Positions 39,508 through 50,940 are shown, counted from the first letter of the whole stretch. The stretch is DNA of 61,912 bases, filler included, from 3 parts of 3 records of this genome joined end to end with filler, not necessarily neighbours in it; one strand, 5' to 3'. Translations and numbers: made by a program. The notes: generated by a model from the sequence alone, not told the origin.

Positions 39508-39554
39508 GCCGCTGTACCTTTGCGCTTTGACTCGTAAGCATCAGATGAGGTTGC

Positions 39555-41897
39555 ATGAACAGTATCATCAGGCGCATCGCTGACGAACTGGGTGTTCGTG
39601 AGCAGCAGGTAAATGCCACCGTGGAAATGCTGGACGGTGGCGCCACCGTTCCCTTCATTGCCCGTTACCGCAAGGAAGTCACCGGTTCGCTGGACGACAG
39701 CCAGTTGCGAACCCTGGAAGATCGCTTGCGCTACCTGCGGGAATTGGACGATCGCCGTTCCACTATCCTCAACAGTATTGAGGAGCAGGGCAAGCTGACC
39801 GATGAACTGCGTTCCAGCATCGAGGCGGCGGACACCAAGAACCGCCTGGAAGACCTCTACCTCCCCTACAAGCCCAAACGTCGAACCAAGGCCCAGATCG
39901 CCCGTGAAGCGGGTCTGGAGCCCCTGGCCGACACCCTCTATGGCGACCCCACGCTGGACCCGGAAAAGGCAGCCGAAGGCTATATCAATGAAGAGGCCGG
40001 TATTACGGATACCAAGGCCGCTCTTGATGGTGCCCGCTATATCCTCATGGAGCGGTTTGCCGAAGATGCCGAGTTGCTGGGGGAGTTGCGTGATTTCATC
40101 TGGCAGGAAGGTCAACTCAAGGTCAGCGTGGTGGAAGGCAAGGAAACCGAAGGTGCCAAGTTCCGCGATTACTTCGACCATGTTGAGCCGCTGAAAAAGG
40201 TGCCGTCCCACCGTGCACTGGCCATCCTGCGGGGGCGCAATGAAGGCGTGCTCACCTATTCCATTGTGGTTGGTGATGCCGAAGATGACCGTCGCCAGCC
40301 TCATCCGGCGGAGCAACGCATCGCCGCTCGCTGGCACATTCGTGACAACGGTCGTGCGGCTGACCGCTGGTTGTCGGAAGTGGTGCGTTGGACCTGGCGG
40401 GTCAAGCTGTCCACCCAGATTGAGACCGATCTGATGGCGCATGTGCGGGAAGCGGCCGAAACAGAGGCCATCAACGTGTTTGCCGCCAACCTCAAGGATC
40501 TTCTGTTGCTGGCACCGGCTGGCCCACGTCCCACGTTGGGTCTGGATCCGGGCCTGCGTACCGGTGTGAAAGTGGCCATCATTGACGGCACCGGTCAGGT
40601 GGTGGGCCATGGTGGCATCTTCCCACATGCCCCCCGTAACCAGTGGGATCAGTCTATTGAACAGCTGGCGAATTGGTGCCGGCAGTACTGCATTGAGCTG
40701 GTGGCCATCGGTAATGGTACGGCGTCCCGGGAAACCGAAAAGCTGGTCGCGGACCTGAGCAAGCGATACCCCGAACTGAAACTGGCGCGCATTGTGGTCA
40801 GCGAATCCGGCGCTTCGATCTATTCTGCGTCCGAATTTGCCTCCCGCGAGCTGCCTGACCTGGATGTGACCATTCGTGGGGCGGTCTCCATTGCCCGTCG
40901 GCTGCAGGATCCGCTGGCGGAAATGGTAAAGATCGAACCCAAGTCCATTGGCGTGGGGCAGTACCAGCACGACGTGTCACAGGTACAGCTGGCCCGTAGC
41001 CTGGATGCGGTGGTAGAGGATTGTGTTAACGGTGTCGGCGTGGACCTCAATACCGCGTCCATCCCGCTTTTGGCGCGAGTATCTGGCCTCAACCAGAGCA
41101 TTGCCCAGAACATCGTTGATTTCCGTAACCAGAATGGCGTATTCCGTGATCGCAAGCAGTTGCTTAAAGTATCGCGACTCGGCGACCGTACCTTTGAGCA
41201 GTCAGCCGGTTTCCTGCGAATCGCGGGGGGAGACAACCCGCTGGACCGCTCGTCGGTACACCCGGAAGCCTATGGTGTGGTCGAGGCTATTGCCCGTCAT
41301 AACAATCGCAAGGTTGAGGGTATTGTCGGGGACGCCGATTTCCTGCGTTCTCTGAACCCGAAGGACTACGTAACGGAACAGTTTGGTCTGCCGACCATAA
41401 AGGATATTATTGCGGAACTGGAAAAACCGGGCCGCGACCCTCGACCGGAGTTCCGGTTCGCCAGCTTTGAGGAAGGGGTGGAAACCCTGAAAGACCTGAA
41501 GCCGGGTATGGTGCTGGAGGGATCGGTCACCAACGTGACCAACTTCGGGGCGTTCGTGGACATTGGCGTTCATCAGGATGGGCTAGTGCACATCTCTGCG
41601 TTGTCAAACAGCTTCGTGAAGGATCCTAGGGAAGTGGTCAAGGCGGGCGATATTGTCAAGGTGAAGGTGATGGACGTGGATATCCCGAGAAAGCGGATTG
41701 CGCTGTCCATGCGTATGGATGATCAGCCCGGGGAAAACTCGGATAACCGCGCCGGGGCCGGAAGCGGCCGCAGGGATGGGGGCAGCAAACCGTCCGCAAG
41801 GAGTGATCGCCAGAAGGGCGCAGACGGCGGGCAAAAAGGCGCCATGGCCGGAGCGCTGGCGCAGGCGCTTGCGTCAGCTCGCAAAGACGGCCGTTGA
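39555..41897 (+). CDS. tex: Tex transcription accessory protein
   Basis: [28 protein letters not shown] and C-terminal S1 domain. Confidence 0.95.
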   Translation: MNSIIRRIADELGVREQQVNATVEMLDGGATVPFIARYRKEVTGSLDDSQLRTLEDRLRYLRELDDRRSTILNSIEEQGKLTDELRSSIEAADTKNRLEDLYLPYKPKRRTKAQIAREAGLEPLADTLYGDPTLDPEKAAEGYINEEAGITDTKAALDGARYILMERFAEDAELLGELRDFIWQEGQLKVSVVEGKETEGAKFRDYFDHVEPLKKVPSHRALAILRGRNEGVLTYSIVVGDAEDDRRQPHPAEQRIAARWHIRDNGRAADRWLSEVVRWTWRVKLSTQIETDLMAHVREAAETEAINVFAANLKDLLLLAPAGPRPTLGLDPGLRTGVKVAIIDGTGQVVGHGGIFPHAPRNQWDQSIEQLANWCRQYCIELVAIGNGTASRETEKLVADLSKRYPELKLARIVVSESGASIYSASEFASRELPDLDVTIRGAVSIARRLQDPLAEMVKIEPKSIGVGQYQHDVSQVQLARSLDAVVEDCVNGVGVDLNTASIPLLARVSGLNQSIAQNIVDFRNQNGVFRDRKQLLKVSRLGDRTFEQSAGFLRIAGGDNPLDRSSVHPEAYGVVEAIARHNNRKVEGIVGDADFLRSLNPKDYVTEQFGLPTIKDIIAELEKPGRDPRPEFRFASFEEGVETLKDLKPGMVLEGSVTNVTNFGAFVDIGVHQDGLVHISALSNSFVKDPREVVKAGDIVKVKVMDVDIPRKRIALSMRMDDQPGENSDNRAGAGSGRRDGGSKPSARSDRQKGADGGQKGAMAGALAQALASARKDGR

Positions 41898-41966
41898 CCC
41901 GCGCCGTTATACACTACCGTCCTGGCCGCCGGCGTTGTCCGGCGGTCATGCAAGCAGGAGTCATTC

Positions 41967-43520
41967 ATGGGTGAATCCCGCCATCAGCTTTTTCAGCAGT
42001 TCACGGCCCGCCAATGGTCCGGCTTCCGAAAGGGCGTTGAGAAAGAGGGCCTGCGGGTCGATCGCAACGGCTTTATCGCACAGACTCCGCACCCTCGCTC
42101 GCTGGGGTCGACACTCACTCACCCTAGAATCACCACGGACTACTCCGAGGCCTTGCTTGAGCTGATCACGCCCGTGTTCGACACCACACGGGGAATGCTT
42201 GACTCGCTTCGGGATATCCATCGCTTTGTTCAGGGCAACCTGGGAGACGAAGTCTTTTGGGCTGCCAGTATGCCGTGTGAACTGGATGGCGACGCCAGCA
42301 TTCCCATCGCGGAATACGGCACGGCCAATATCGGGCGTCTGAAACACGTTTACCGACAGGGGCTGGCGGTGCGCTATGGACGCATGATGCAAAGCATTGC
42401 CGGCGCCCACTATAACCTGTCGCTGCCGGACAGCTTTTGGGAGCTTTGGCAGGACGCCCTGGGCAACCAGCAGGGTCTGCAGGACTTCAAGTCGGACCAG
42501 TATTTCTGGCTGATCCGCAATTTCCGGCGGCGCAGTTGGCTGCTGATGCTGCTGTTTGGGGCCTCTCCGGCACTGGATGCCAGCTTTGTGGCGGGCGTGC
42601 GCCATGACCTGGCCAGGTTCAGTGATGACACCTGGTGCGGCCGTGACGCCACCTCCCTGCGCATGGGTGATTTGGGCTACCACAACAATGCCCAGGCCTC
42701 GTTGAACATCTGTTTTAATGAGCTGAAGACCTATACCGACACCCTGTTCCGTGCCATTCATACCCCGTGGCCGCCCTACGAAGAGATGGGGACCCGACGC
42801 GACGGCGAGTTTATCCAGATCAACACCAGCGTGCTGCAGATTGAGAACGAGTACTACAGTGCCGTTCGCCCCAAGCGCACCACCGAGCGTGAGGAGAAGC
42901 CGATACAGGCGCTGGAATCCCGGGGTGTGGAATACATTGAAGTGCGTTGTCTGGATCTGGATCCGTTCTCCCCGATTGGCGTCAACGAAAGCCAGATTGA
43001 TTTCCTCGACCTGTTCCTGCTTGACTGCCTGTTGTCAGACAGCCCACGTATTGATGATGCCGAATGCGATCGCCTGGATGACAACTATCAGGATGTGGTT
43101 GCCCGGGGCCGCAATCCAGACCTGACGCTCTGTCGCGCCGGTGAGCGGGTCCGTGTCGGCGATGCCGCTGCTGCCTTGCTGGATCGGCTTGAAGCCCTCG
43201 CGGAGCAGTTGGACGGCTGGAACGGAGATTCCACCTATCGCCGTGCGCTCGATGATCAGCGTGCCAAGCTGGACGACCCTCGCCAGATACCTTCGGCGAG
43301 AGTGCTTGATTCCATGGAAGCCTCTGGCATGGGACACCGCGAATGGGGCCTGGAGATGTCCAGGCAGCACCAGCAAACGCTGCGCGAGGAGGGGCTGTCA
43401 TCGGATGTGATGGCAGCGTTCGAAAAAATGACCGCCGATTCGCTATCCGAACAGGCTGCGATGGAGCAGGCAGAAAACCAGTCATTCAGCGAGTTCCTGG
43501 AGCAGTACCTGACGTCCTGA
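41967..43520 (+). CDS. gshA: Glutamate-cysteine ligase
   Basis: GVEKEGLR, ITTDYSEALLELITP, SLRMGDLGY and LQIENEYYS. Confidence 0.95.
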   Translation: MGESRHQLFQQFTARQWSGFRKGVEKEGLRVDRNGFIAQTPHPRSLGSTLTHPRITTDYSEALLELITPVFDTTRGMLDSLRDIHRFVQGNLGDEVFWAASMPCELDGDASIPIAEYGTANIGRLKHVYRQGLAVRYGRMMQSIAGAHYNLSLPDSFWELWQDALGNQQGLQDFKSDQYFWLIRNFRRRSWLLMLLFGASPALDASFVAGVRHDLARFSDDTWCGRDATSLRMGDLGYHNNAQASLNICFNELKTYTDTLFRAIHTPWPPYEEMGTRRDGEFIQINTSVLQIENEYYSAVRPKRTTEREEKPIQALESRGVEYIEVRCLDLDPFSPIGVNESQIDFLDLFLLDCLLSDSPRIDDAECDRLDDNYQDVVARGRNPDLTLCRAGERVRVGDAAAALLDRLEALAEQLDGWNGDSTYRRALDDQRAKLDDPRQIPSARVLDSMEASGMGHREWGLEMSRQHQQTLREEGLSSDVMAAFEKMTADSLSEQAAMEQAENQSFSEFLEQYLTS

Positions 43521-43679
43521 GCCGGGAGGGTAGGCGCTCACCCGGTTGGGCGTCACATTCTCCCCGGACCTGCCGCACAGAAACGTAATTAACGTTTGTC
43601 AGTTTCTGCTGGCGCTGTTAATTTCTGTAAGCACAGTGGCACCATCTGGTGGTGGCTAACAGGTAAAGGGAGAACCGGT

Positions 43680-43892
43680 GTGGCCAGAGATATCAAGCTG
43701 GGATGGGATGTGGAGTCCCTGAACAAAGCCTATCGCCAAGGGTATATGGCTGCGTCCATGGGCATGGAGCGGAGCCGCTGCCCCTACCGTGGTGAGGTTG
43801 TTGTCGCCGCCTGGGAAGCGGGCTGGGAAGATGCTGGCCAGGCGGTCGGTGACGCGCAGCCCGTGGATGACCTGTTCTCACGCATTGCCTGA
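43680..43892 (+). CDS. Ribosome modulation factor-like protein
   Basis: GTG after ggag; AYRQGYMA...G...CPY...WEAGW pattern typical of RMF. Confidence 0.7.
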   Translation: MARDIKLGWDVESLNKAYRQGYMAASMGMERSRCPYRGEVVVAAWEAGWEDAGQAVGDAQPVDDLFSRIA

Positions 43893-43933
43893 CGTCCGTT
43901 TCTGGTCTTTTGGCCGGAGGCGCCCCGGCGTTT

Positions 43934-44386
43934 TCACCTCTGCACGACAAACTCCGTAAACAGTACACCGGTAATGTTTTCACCGGTCTGTTGTTCCTCC
44001 AGTACCGCATTAATCCGTTTCGCCGCTTCCTCCCGCAGTGACTGCTGCCCCTCGGTTGAGGAAAGTTGGTCGACGTTGGTTTGCTCGCCGAACAGCATCA
44101 CCATCTCATGGCGCAGCCTGGGCATGTGCGCCTCCACAGCGGGACGCGTGGTTTCCTTGGATGTTCTCAATGTGACGGCGGCCTTCAGGTACGTCAGTTT
44201 GGTGCCCGGTTCCCCTACATGGGTGACAAAGGGAGGGTCCATTTCGATGTAATCCGTTATCGTCGGTTCCTCTTCATGCTCCTCCTGCTGTTCCTCTTCG
44301 GCTTCGTCCTCCTGGGCAACGGCCATGGGGGCCAGAGGGAGTGCGAAGAAAAGGGCCAACAGAAAGTACTTTGGCTTAAGTGTCAT
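43934..44386 (-). CDS. fliL: FliL-family protein
   Basis: N-terminal hydrophobic segment, HMPRLRH and VLFTEFVVQ. Confidence 0.8.
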   Translation of the reverse strand: MTLKPKYFLLALFFALPLAPMAVAQEDEAEEEQQEEHEEEPTITDYIEMDPPFVTHVGEPGTKLTYLKAAVTLRTSKETTRPAVEAHMPRLRHEMVMLFGEQTNVDQLSSTEGQQSLREEAAKRINAVLEEQQTGENITGVLFTEFVVQR

Positions 44387-44528
44387 AGGCTTGAAGTTCG
44401 TATTGGTTTAAGGTTAAGTGGCTGGGCGCCTGCAGCCGCCACCTGATGTTGGGAGAATAGCAGGCTCACTGCGCGGTTGCAGCATCCGTTGCTTCATCGC
44501 CCCAGGCGCAATGACAGACCTGACCTGA

Positions 44529-45056
44529 ATGTTAACCCGAGGTACGCATTTGAACTCCAGAGCCGTTTTTTTCCTGATTTTTCTGCTTTGCGCCGGGCTG
44601 CTTGGTGTGGCCTTTTACATGGAGCACGTCATGGGGTTGGAGCCATGCCCACTCTGCTGGTTGCAGCGGTTTGGCTTTATGGCCGCTGGCTCGGTGAGTC
44701 TGCTGGCAGCGCTTCACGGCCCCCGCGGGTTCGGTATAAGGGTTTATGGATTGTTATTGACCGTCAGCGCGGGTGCTGGCCTGGCGATGGCTGGCCGACA
44801 GCTTTGGCTTCAGAGTCTGCCTGCTGATCAGGTGCCGGCCTGTGGGCCTTCAGTGGATTACATGCTGGAGGTTTTACCCTGGATGGAGGTGTTGACCACC
44901 GCCCTGAAAGGCACGGGTGACTGCGCCGAAGTGACCTGGCGCTTCCTGGGGCTCAGCATCCCTGGCTGGACGGCCATCTTCTTCACGTTCCTGGCGATCA
45001 CCGGCCTGGTGCTGCTGTTGCGGCCGAAAAAAAAGACAGGCTGGGTACAGGGATGA
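44529..45056 (+). CDS. dsbB: Disulfide bond formation protein B
   Basis: LEPCPLCWLQR, PACGP and GDCAEVTWRFLGLSIPGW. Confidence 0.93.
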   Translation: MLTRGTHLNSRAVFFLIFLLCAGLLGVAFYMEHVMGLEPCPLCWLQRFGFMAAGSVSLLAALHGPRGFGIRVYGLLLTVSAGAGLAMAGRQLWLQSLPADQVPACGPSVDYMLEVLPWMEVLTTALKGTGDCAEVTWRFLGLSIPGWTAIFFTFLAITGLVLLLRPKKKTGWVQG

Positions 45057-45145
45057 AACGGTTGCGATGGACCGCTGGCATGGGGTAACTTGAGTTTCGA
45101 TACAACAGGAATCAAACCAGAACCCGGTAACCGGAGATAGGCGTC

Positions 45146-45628
45146 ATGTTGGATAATTGCCGTAATGCCAGGGAGCGTTGGGGTGGCGTCAGCGAGCTGA
45201 TTGACCGCTGGCTGAAAGAGAGGCAGGAACTACTGGTTCATTACTGTGACCTGTCTGGCACCACGGATTACTCCCAGACAGAGGCCCTGCGCACGAAGTT
45301 CGTCAGGCTCTGTGAGGTGCTGGTGGATTACGTCTCGGCGGGGCACTTCGAGATATACGAGCAATTGGTTCAGGAAGCTCGTGAGTTCAACGACGGTGGC
45401 CTGGAGCTGGCGGCAAAGCTGTACCCGAAAATAGAACAGACCACGGAAACGGCGCTGAATTTCAATGATCGCCTGAACGGTCAGTCCCTGACTGAAAATG
45501 AAGTTCGTGATTTGTTCCAGCAGCTCTCTGAGTTGGGTGAAACTCTGGAAAACCGGTTTGAAATGGAAGACTTCCTGATTGAGCATCTTCACAATGCTCA
45601 TGCCGACAAGGTGATGTCATCGGCCTGA
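45146..45628 (+). CDS. rsd: Regulator of sigma D (Rsd/AlgQ)
   Basis: IDRWLKERQELLV, LVDYVSAGHFEIY and RFEMEDFLI. Confidence 0.93.
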   Translation: MLDNCRNARERWGGVSELIDRWLKERQELLVHYCDLSGTTDYSQTEALRTKFVRLCEVLVDYVSAGHFEIYEQLVQEAREFNDGGLELAAKLYPKIEQTTETALNFNDRLNGQSLTENEVRDLFQQLSELGETLENRFEMEDFLIEHLHNAHADKVMSSA

Positions 45629-45699
45629 TGTGCGGGCTGGAGACCTCCCCCGATCCCGGACGGTGATGCGGGGGAAGCATCCGTTACAACGTGGCGGAT

Positions 45700-46410
45700 T
45701 TACTCCGGGTTGATTTCCAGCAGTTCCACGTCGAATACCAGCGTCTCATTGGGCCCGATACGTTGATTGCCGCCAGGTCCATACGCCAACTCAGAAGGAA
45801 TGTAGAGTTTTGCCCTGCTGCCTTCTGACATCAGTTGCAGGCCTTCCGTCCAGCCTGGTATGACCTGATTCAGGCCAAAGGTGACCGGTTCGCCGCGTTC
45901 GCGGGAGCTGTCGAACACTTCTCCTGAGATCAATTCGCCAGTGTAGTGAACGCGCACGCGGTCTTCGGCTGCCGGCTTGGGACCATCGCCTTCTTCCAGG
46001 ATTTCATATTGCAGACCGGATTCGGTGGTCTCGACGCCGTCCCGCTTGGCGTTCTCTGCCAGGAACTGCTCTCCCGCTTCCTTATTTTTCTTCGCCAGCT
46101 CTTCTACCTTGGCGGACTCCTGCTCCTGGAGTTGGCTCTGATAGGCCATCAGGGCTTCCTGGATTTCTTCACGGCTCATTCGCGTCTGTTCTTCATCGCC
46201 AGCGTGGCCGTGCTGAATACCCTGTAGGAACTGCTCCATTTTGAGGTTCGGCAGGTCATTGCTCATTCGTTGGCCCATGACCAGGCCCATGCCGTAGCTG
46301 ACTTTCTCATCCGTGGATTCCAGTGTCGGATCTTCCGGCACCGCTTCCTGGGAAGAGGAACAGCCTGCCATGACACCAGCCACAGTCAGTGCGATCAGGG
46401 TTTTTCTCAT
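45700..46410 (-). CDS. FKBP-type peptidyl-prolyl isomerase lipoprotein
   Basis: Lipobox MAGC, TESGLQY, VHYTG, FDSS and VIPGWTEGL. Confidence 0.93.
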   Translation of the reverse strand: MRKTLIALTVAGVMAGCSSSQEAVPEDPTLESTDEKVSYGMGLVMGQRMSNDLPNLKMEQFLQGIQHGHAGDEEQTRMSREEIQEALMAYQSQLQEQESAKVEELAKKNKEAGEQFLAENAKRDGVETTESGLQYEILEEGDGPKPAAEDRVRVHYTGELISGEVFDSSRERGEPVTFGLNQVIPGWTEGLQLMSEGSRAKLYIPSELAYGPGGNQRIGPNETLVFDVELLEINPE

Positions 46411-46517
46411 TACATCGTCCTTAGTCGTGCTTGTGTTGAATGATCGGGAACGCACAAAAGGTAACGGGTTCTGTCGCCAGATGCCACTGAACATGTGTTA
46501 AGGAAGGAGGGGAAGCT

Positions 46518-46904
46518 TCAGCTGCCGTTATTGGCGGTCTCAGGCGCGAGCGAAAATGGCGCTCGGTAGGGAGATTGCCAGTCTGTTTCGGGATCGGGCG
46601 TGGGCGGGCGCACACTCTTACTCTCCGATCGCTCGATCGCCAGTGCGTTCCAGGGGCCCTGGGCCGGTGGTTTGTCGGCATAGTGCCAACTGCCATCACT
46701 GTCCTGCCACTTGAAGACAATATCAGGGCCTTCCGTGGGAACCGGAGAGGGAACCAATCCCTCGAAAGCGGGAATTTCCGCGTTGGTTTCGGCCTTTGCG
46801 GGTTTGCTGGTGGTTTCGGCAGGGTCATTCAGGCCGAAAAACATCAGCGCCATCAAAACGCCGAGAGCGGGAAACGCCAGCCGGATTAGCCATTTCATCA
46901 ACAT
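46518..46904 (-). CDS. DUF4124-like protein
   Basis: N-terminal TM and VFKWQDSDGSWHYADKPP. Confidence 0.75.
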   Translation of the reverse strand: MLMKWLIRLAFPALGVLMALMFFGLNDPAETTSKPAKAETNAEIPAFEGLVPSPVPTEGPDIVFKWQDSDGSWHYADKPPAQGPWNALAIERSESKSVRPPTPDPETDWQSPYRAPFSLAPETANNGS

Positions 46905-47428
46905 GGCTTGTTATCTCCTTCAACGAGTGTCGACAGCTCTCTGGCCAGAATGTCCAGCAAGCTGCCGGTCTCGTTATCCATTGTCTTCTCCGGTGCCGCG
47001 GCGAGCAAGTTGTTAAGGGCCAGATTGGCCGTTGATGCCTCACCGCTGCCTGTGTATGTGTCTGAAGCCAGGGCCTGATAGGCCAGGGCTATTTCCACCC
47101 GTTCCGCTTCAAGCTCGCTACGGGCGATGCACTCTCTTACAATAGCAGTGCGGGGGTCATTCTTCGTAATGGTTTTCTTCACTGATCGGAGCGGCTCAGT
47201 GACTTGACGTCGCCATGCGGTCACCTGCTCGCTCTCAACACCCGGGAACGCCTTGCCTGACGTGGTCAGCCACGCCGCGCAGAGAATCCGGGTGACGCTC
47301 CAGCCTCGGTTCTGCAGGGCAAGGCACGCATTCCGTGTCACTGGGGATTCCCAGAACCGGCAGGCAAACCGCCATAATGGGTTTTCCGGATCGGTATCCT
47401 CAGGTATCTTGCTACCGCTAAACGCCAT
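46898..47428 (-). CDS. TIGR02444/DUF2390-like protein
   Basis: LWRFACRFW, CLALQ, EPLRSVKK and ELEAERVE. Divergent from the ABC-F gene. Confidence 0.75.
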   Translation of the reverse strand: MAFSGSKIPEDTDPENPLWRFACRFWESPVTRNACLALQNRGWSVTRILCAAWLTTSGKAFPGVESEQVTAWRRQVTEPLRSVKKTITKNDPRTAIVRECIARSELEAERVEIALAYQALASDTYTGSGEASTANLALNNLLAAAPEKTMDNETGSLLDILARELSTLVEGDNKPC

Positions 47429-47476
47429 AGGGGCCAGGCCGGTTCCTTATCTCATGTTCCTTGATACCATTACGTT

Positions 47477-49432
47477 ATGCTAACGATAACCGATCTCAGT
47501 TTACAACGAGGTGGCGTCTGGTTGCTAGAAGCCGTCAACCTGACCATTCAGCCCGGCCAACGGGTGGCGATAGTGGGTGCCAATGGTGCTGGCAAATCCA
47601 GTTTGTTCCAGTTATTGCTGGGGCAGCTGTCGCCGGAGCAGGGCGCGGCGACGTTGCCCGGAGGGTGTCGGATCGCTCATATGGCTCAGGAAGTGGCGGC
47701 CTCGTCCCGCAGTGCCCGGGACTTCGTGCTGGACGGCGATTACGATCTGCGGCGGATGGAGTCGGAGCTGGCTGAGGCGGAAGCGGTCGGGGATGATCAC
47801 GCCGTTGCCCGCATTCACGGTGAGCTCGACATCCACGAAGCCTGGTCTGCGCCGCGCCGCGCGGAAACCTTGCTGAGGGGGCTGGGCTTCTCTGATGCCG
47901 ACGCCGACCGGCCGGTGTCTTCGTTCTCCGGCGGCTGGCGGATACGCCTAAACCTTGCTCAGGCGCTGATGCGCCCGTCGGACTTGCTACTACTGGACGA
48001 GCCCACTAACCACCTGGACCTGGACGCTTGCCTGTGGCTTGAGAACTGGTTACGTCGGTACGAGGGCACCCTGTTGTTCATTTCCCACGATCGCGATTTC
48101 ATGGATCGGGTGGCAACGAACCTGGTGCATTTCGATCATCGCCAGTTGGCGTTGTATACGGGTAATTACTCAGCGTTCGAGACCCAGCGCAGCGAACGCA
48201 TTGCCCAGCAACAGGCCGGATATGAGCGCCAGCAGGCTCGTATCGCCGAAATCCAGCGCTTCATTGATCGTTTCAAGGCCAAGGCGACCAAAGCCCGCCA
48301 GGCCCAAAGCCGTGTCAAAGCGCTGGAGCGCATGGAAAAAATTGCACCGGCCCATGTGGATTCCCCGTTCAGTTTCGAGTTTCCGGTGTCCGACAAGGTA
48401 TCCAATCCGCTGTTGTCCATTCGCAATGGCGCTGCCGGGTACGGCGATGCCGTTGTGCTCGAGGGGATTAACCTGTCACTGCTGCCGGGCAGCCGTATTG
48501 GTCTTTTGGGGCCGAATGGCGCTGGCAAATCCACGTTAATGGATGCCTTGCGGGGCGAAAGCACCTTGTTACGCGGTGAGCGAACGACGGGGGAGCACCT
48601 GGCGATTGGCTATTTTGCCCAACATCAGTTGGAGTCGCTGGACCTGGATGCAAGCCCGTTCCTGCATCTGCAGCGGCTGGCACCGAAAGCCTCGGAGCAG
48701 AGTATCCGTAACTTCCTGGGTGGCTTCGACTTCCATGGCGATGAGGCCTTGAGCGCCATTCGCTCGTTCTCCGGCGGCGAAAAGGCCCGGGTGGCGTTGG
48801 CAGTGATCGCCTGGCAAAAACCCAATCTGTTACTGCTGGACGAGCCTACCAACCACCTGGACCTGGAGATGCGCCAGGCGCTGACGATGGCGCTGCAGAA
48901 CTTTGAGGGGGCGATTGTCGTGGTTTCCCATGATCGCCACCTGTTGCGCAACACGGTCGATGATTTCTGGTTGGTGAACGACGGCAGAGTTACGGAATAC
49001 GAAGGTGACCTCGAAGACTATGAACGCTGGTTGGCGGACCGTCGCAAGGATGACACGGAAGCACCCCGCCGAGAGCATGCTGGAGCTCCTGTAGCGGGTG
49101 ATCCGGCTTTGGCATCGGACAGCGGGGCCGGTGAGAGCGCGGATGACCGTAAGGCCCGCAAGCGGGCGGAAGCGGCCATTCGCCAGAAGCTGAGTCCTTA
49201 CCGCAAGCAGCAGGGTGTGCTGGAAAAAGAGATGGACAGGCTTCAGTCCGCATTGGTGACCTTGGAACAGGACCTTTCGGACCCCAACCTATACGCCAGT
49301 GAAGGCAAGCAGACGCTGAAAGAGCTTTTGGGCCAGCAGGCCGCCGCCAAGAGTCGTCTTGCAGAGGTGGAAGCCGAATGGCTTGAAATCAGTGAAACGG
49401 TCGAGAACCTTGAGGCGGAACTGACACCCTAG
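47477..49432 (+). CDS. yheS: ABC-F ATPase (YheS-like)
   Basis: Two ABC domains (GANGAGKS, GPNGAGKS), LDEPTNHLD twice, linker FKAKATKARQAQSR and no TM segments. Confidence 0.9.
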   Translation: MLTITDLSLQRGGVWLLEAVNLTIQPGQRVAIVGANGAGKSSLFQLLLGQLSPEQGAATLPGGCRIAHMAQEVAASSRSARDFVLDGDYDLRRMESELAEAEAVGDDHAVARIHGELDIHEAWSAPRRAETLLRGLGFSDADADRPVSSFSGGWRIRLNLAQALMRPSDLLLLDEPTNHLDLDACLWLENWLRRYEGTLLFISHDRDFMDRVATNLVHFDHRQLALYTGNYSAFETQRSERIAQQQAGYERQQARIAEIQRFIDRFKAKATKARQAQSRVKALERMEKIAPAHVDSPFSFEFPVSDKVSNPLLSIRNGAAGYGDAVVLEGINLSLLPGSRIGLLGPNGAGKSTLMDALRGESTLLRGERTTGEHLAIGYFAQHQLESLDLDASPFLHLQRLAPKASEQSIRNFLGGFDFHGDEALSAIRSFSGGEKARVALAVIAWQKPNLLLLDEPTNHLDLEMRQALTMALQNFEGAIVVVSHDRHLLRNTVDDFWLVNDGRVTEYEGDLEDYERWLADRRKDDTEAPRREHAGAPVAGDPALASDSGAGESADDRKARKRAEAAIRQKLSPYRKQQGVLEKEMDRLQSALVTLEQDLSDPNLYASEGKQTLKELLGQQAAAKSRLAEVEAEWLEISETVENLEAELTP

Positions 49433-50940
49433 AATGTTACCTCCAGGGTGAAATCCTGTTTGGCCAGGTAATCCCGTTCGTTTTCGAGGTCGGCCAGGGT
49501 CAGCGGGCGTTCATCCAGCCATCCCGCAGTGAATTCCAGGGCCAGGCCGTTGTTGGATGGGTGCAGGCGGAATTCGGGAGGCTGCTCGTGGTTCCGCGGA
49601 TGCTGGAGCAGCACTGCCAGCCGAACCAGAACGCACAGGTAGCGTAGACGGGGAACGTCTTCGGGGTCCAGGCCCTCGAAAATGGCGGACGAAAATTTGC
49701 GCCGGTGTCCCCGAACCAGCGTCGCCAGGTCGCGTTGGAACTGTTGGCTAAATCCGGGAAGGTCAGAGTACCGCAACAGGTAGGCGCCATGCTTGTGGTA
49801 CTGGCTGTGTGAAATGGTGAGGCCGATTTCATGAAGTCGGCAGGCCCAACGCAGCACTTCCTCATCAACGGCGGTGTTCAATGCCCAGGCGCCGGCAACC
49901 TGTTTCCACGCCGCGATGGCGGTATGTTCCACGGCGCTGCCATGATCCTGGTCGACATGGTAGCGTTCCTGCAGGGCCTGAATGGTCCGTACCCGCACAT
50001 CTTCGTGCTGAATCCGGCCGGCAATGTCGTACAGCAGGCCTTCCCTCAGGGCCCCATCGGCAAAGGTCATTTCCGATATCTGCAAAGACTGGAATGCCCC
50101 CATCAGAATCGCGAATCCTGCCGGAAAGATACTCTGCCGGTCGGCGCGAACGCCCAGGTCGCCGAGTTTTTCGGCTTTGCCCATATCCACCAGCCGGGTT
50201 CTGAGTTCGGTCATTGCGTCGCGGGTAATGGTGCCGTCGGTGATTTTGAGGCTGGTCAGTACACTGGCAATCGCCTTGATCGAGCCCGATGATCCCACGG
50301 CACTTTGCCAGCCCTTGCTGCGAAAGTGCTGACGGATATTGAGCAACTCCTGTTCGGCGTGAGTGACGGCCCTGTCCATTTGCTTACGGGTGATCTTGCC
50401 GTCCGGAAAGTAGCGGTTTCGAAACGACACGCAGCCCATATGCAGGCTTTCCAGTTCCTGGGGTTCGAAGCGTTCGCCAATGATGAACTCGGTACTGCCG
50501 CCTCCGATATCAATCACCAGGCGTCGGCCGCTGTCATCCGACAGGGTGTGCGATACGCCCAGGTAAATCAGGCGCGCTTCCTCGCGGCCGGCGATGATCT
50601 CCACCGGATACCCCAGCACGTCTTCCGCCCTTGTCATGAATTCATGGGCGTTGCGCGCCACGCGCAAGGCGTTGGTTCCCACCACCTGAACGGCCTCCGG
50701 TGGCATGCCCTGTAGCCTCTGGGCGAAACGGCTCAAGCAGGCTAGGGCACGTTCCTGGGTTTCTTCGGTAAGGCGGTTGTAACTGTCCAGCCCGGCACCG
50801 AGCTGCACCTTTTCCCCCATCTTCTCCAGAGTGCGGATTTCACCGTGAACCAGGCGGGCGACCACCATGTGAAAACTGTTGGAGCCCATATCGATTGCAG
50901 CGAGCAGTTCTGGCGGGGTGGCGGAGGAGTTGGCCGTCAC
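49429..50940 (-). CDS. ppx: Exopolyphosphatase (Ppx/GppA)
   Basis: AIDMGSNSFH, DIGGGSTE, ALREG and LHEIG. Confidence 0.93.
   Translation of the reverse strand: MTANSSATPPELLAAIDMGSNSFHMVVARLVHGEIRTLEKMGEKVQLGAGLDSYNRLTEETQERALACLSRFAQRLQGMPPEAVQVVGTNALRVARNAHEFMTRAEDVLGYPVEIIAGREEARLIYLGVSHTLSDDSGRRLVIDIGGGSTEFIIGERFEPQELESLHMGCVSFRNRYFPDGKITRKQMDRAVTHAEQELLNIRQHFRSKGWQSAVGSSGSIKAIASVLTSLKITDGTITRDAMTELRTRLVDMGKAEKLGDLGVRADRQSIFPAGFAILMGAFQSLQISEMTFADGALREGLLYDIAGRIQHEDVRVRTIQALQERYHVDQDHGSAVEHTAIAAWKQVAGAWALNTAVDEEVLRWACRLHEIGLTISHSQYHKHGAYLLRYSDLPGFSQQFQRDLATLVRGHRRKFSSAIFEGLDPEDVPRLRYLCVLVRLAVLLQHPRNHEQPPEFRLHPSNNGLALEFTAGWLDERPLTLADLENERDYLAKQDFTLEVTF

Noticed and set aside
39462-40970. 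502-aa antisense ORF over tex, and similar ORFs over rho, gshA and the ABC genes
   Set aside because: Antisense shadows of well-conserved genes.
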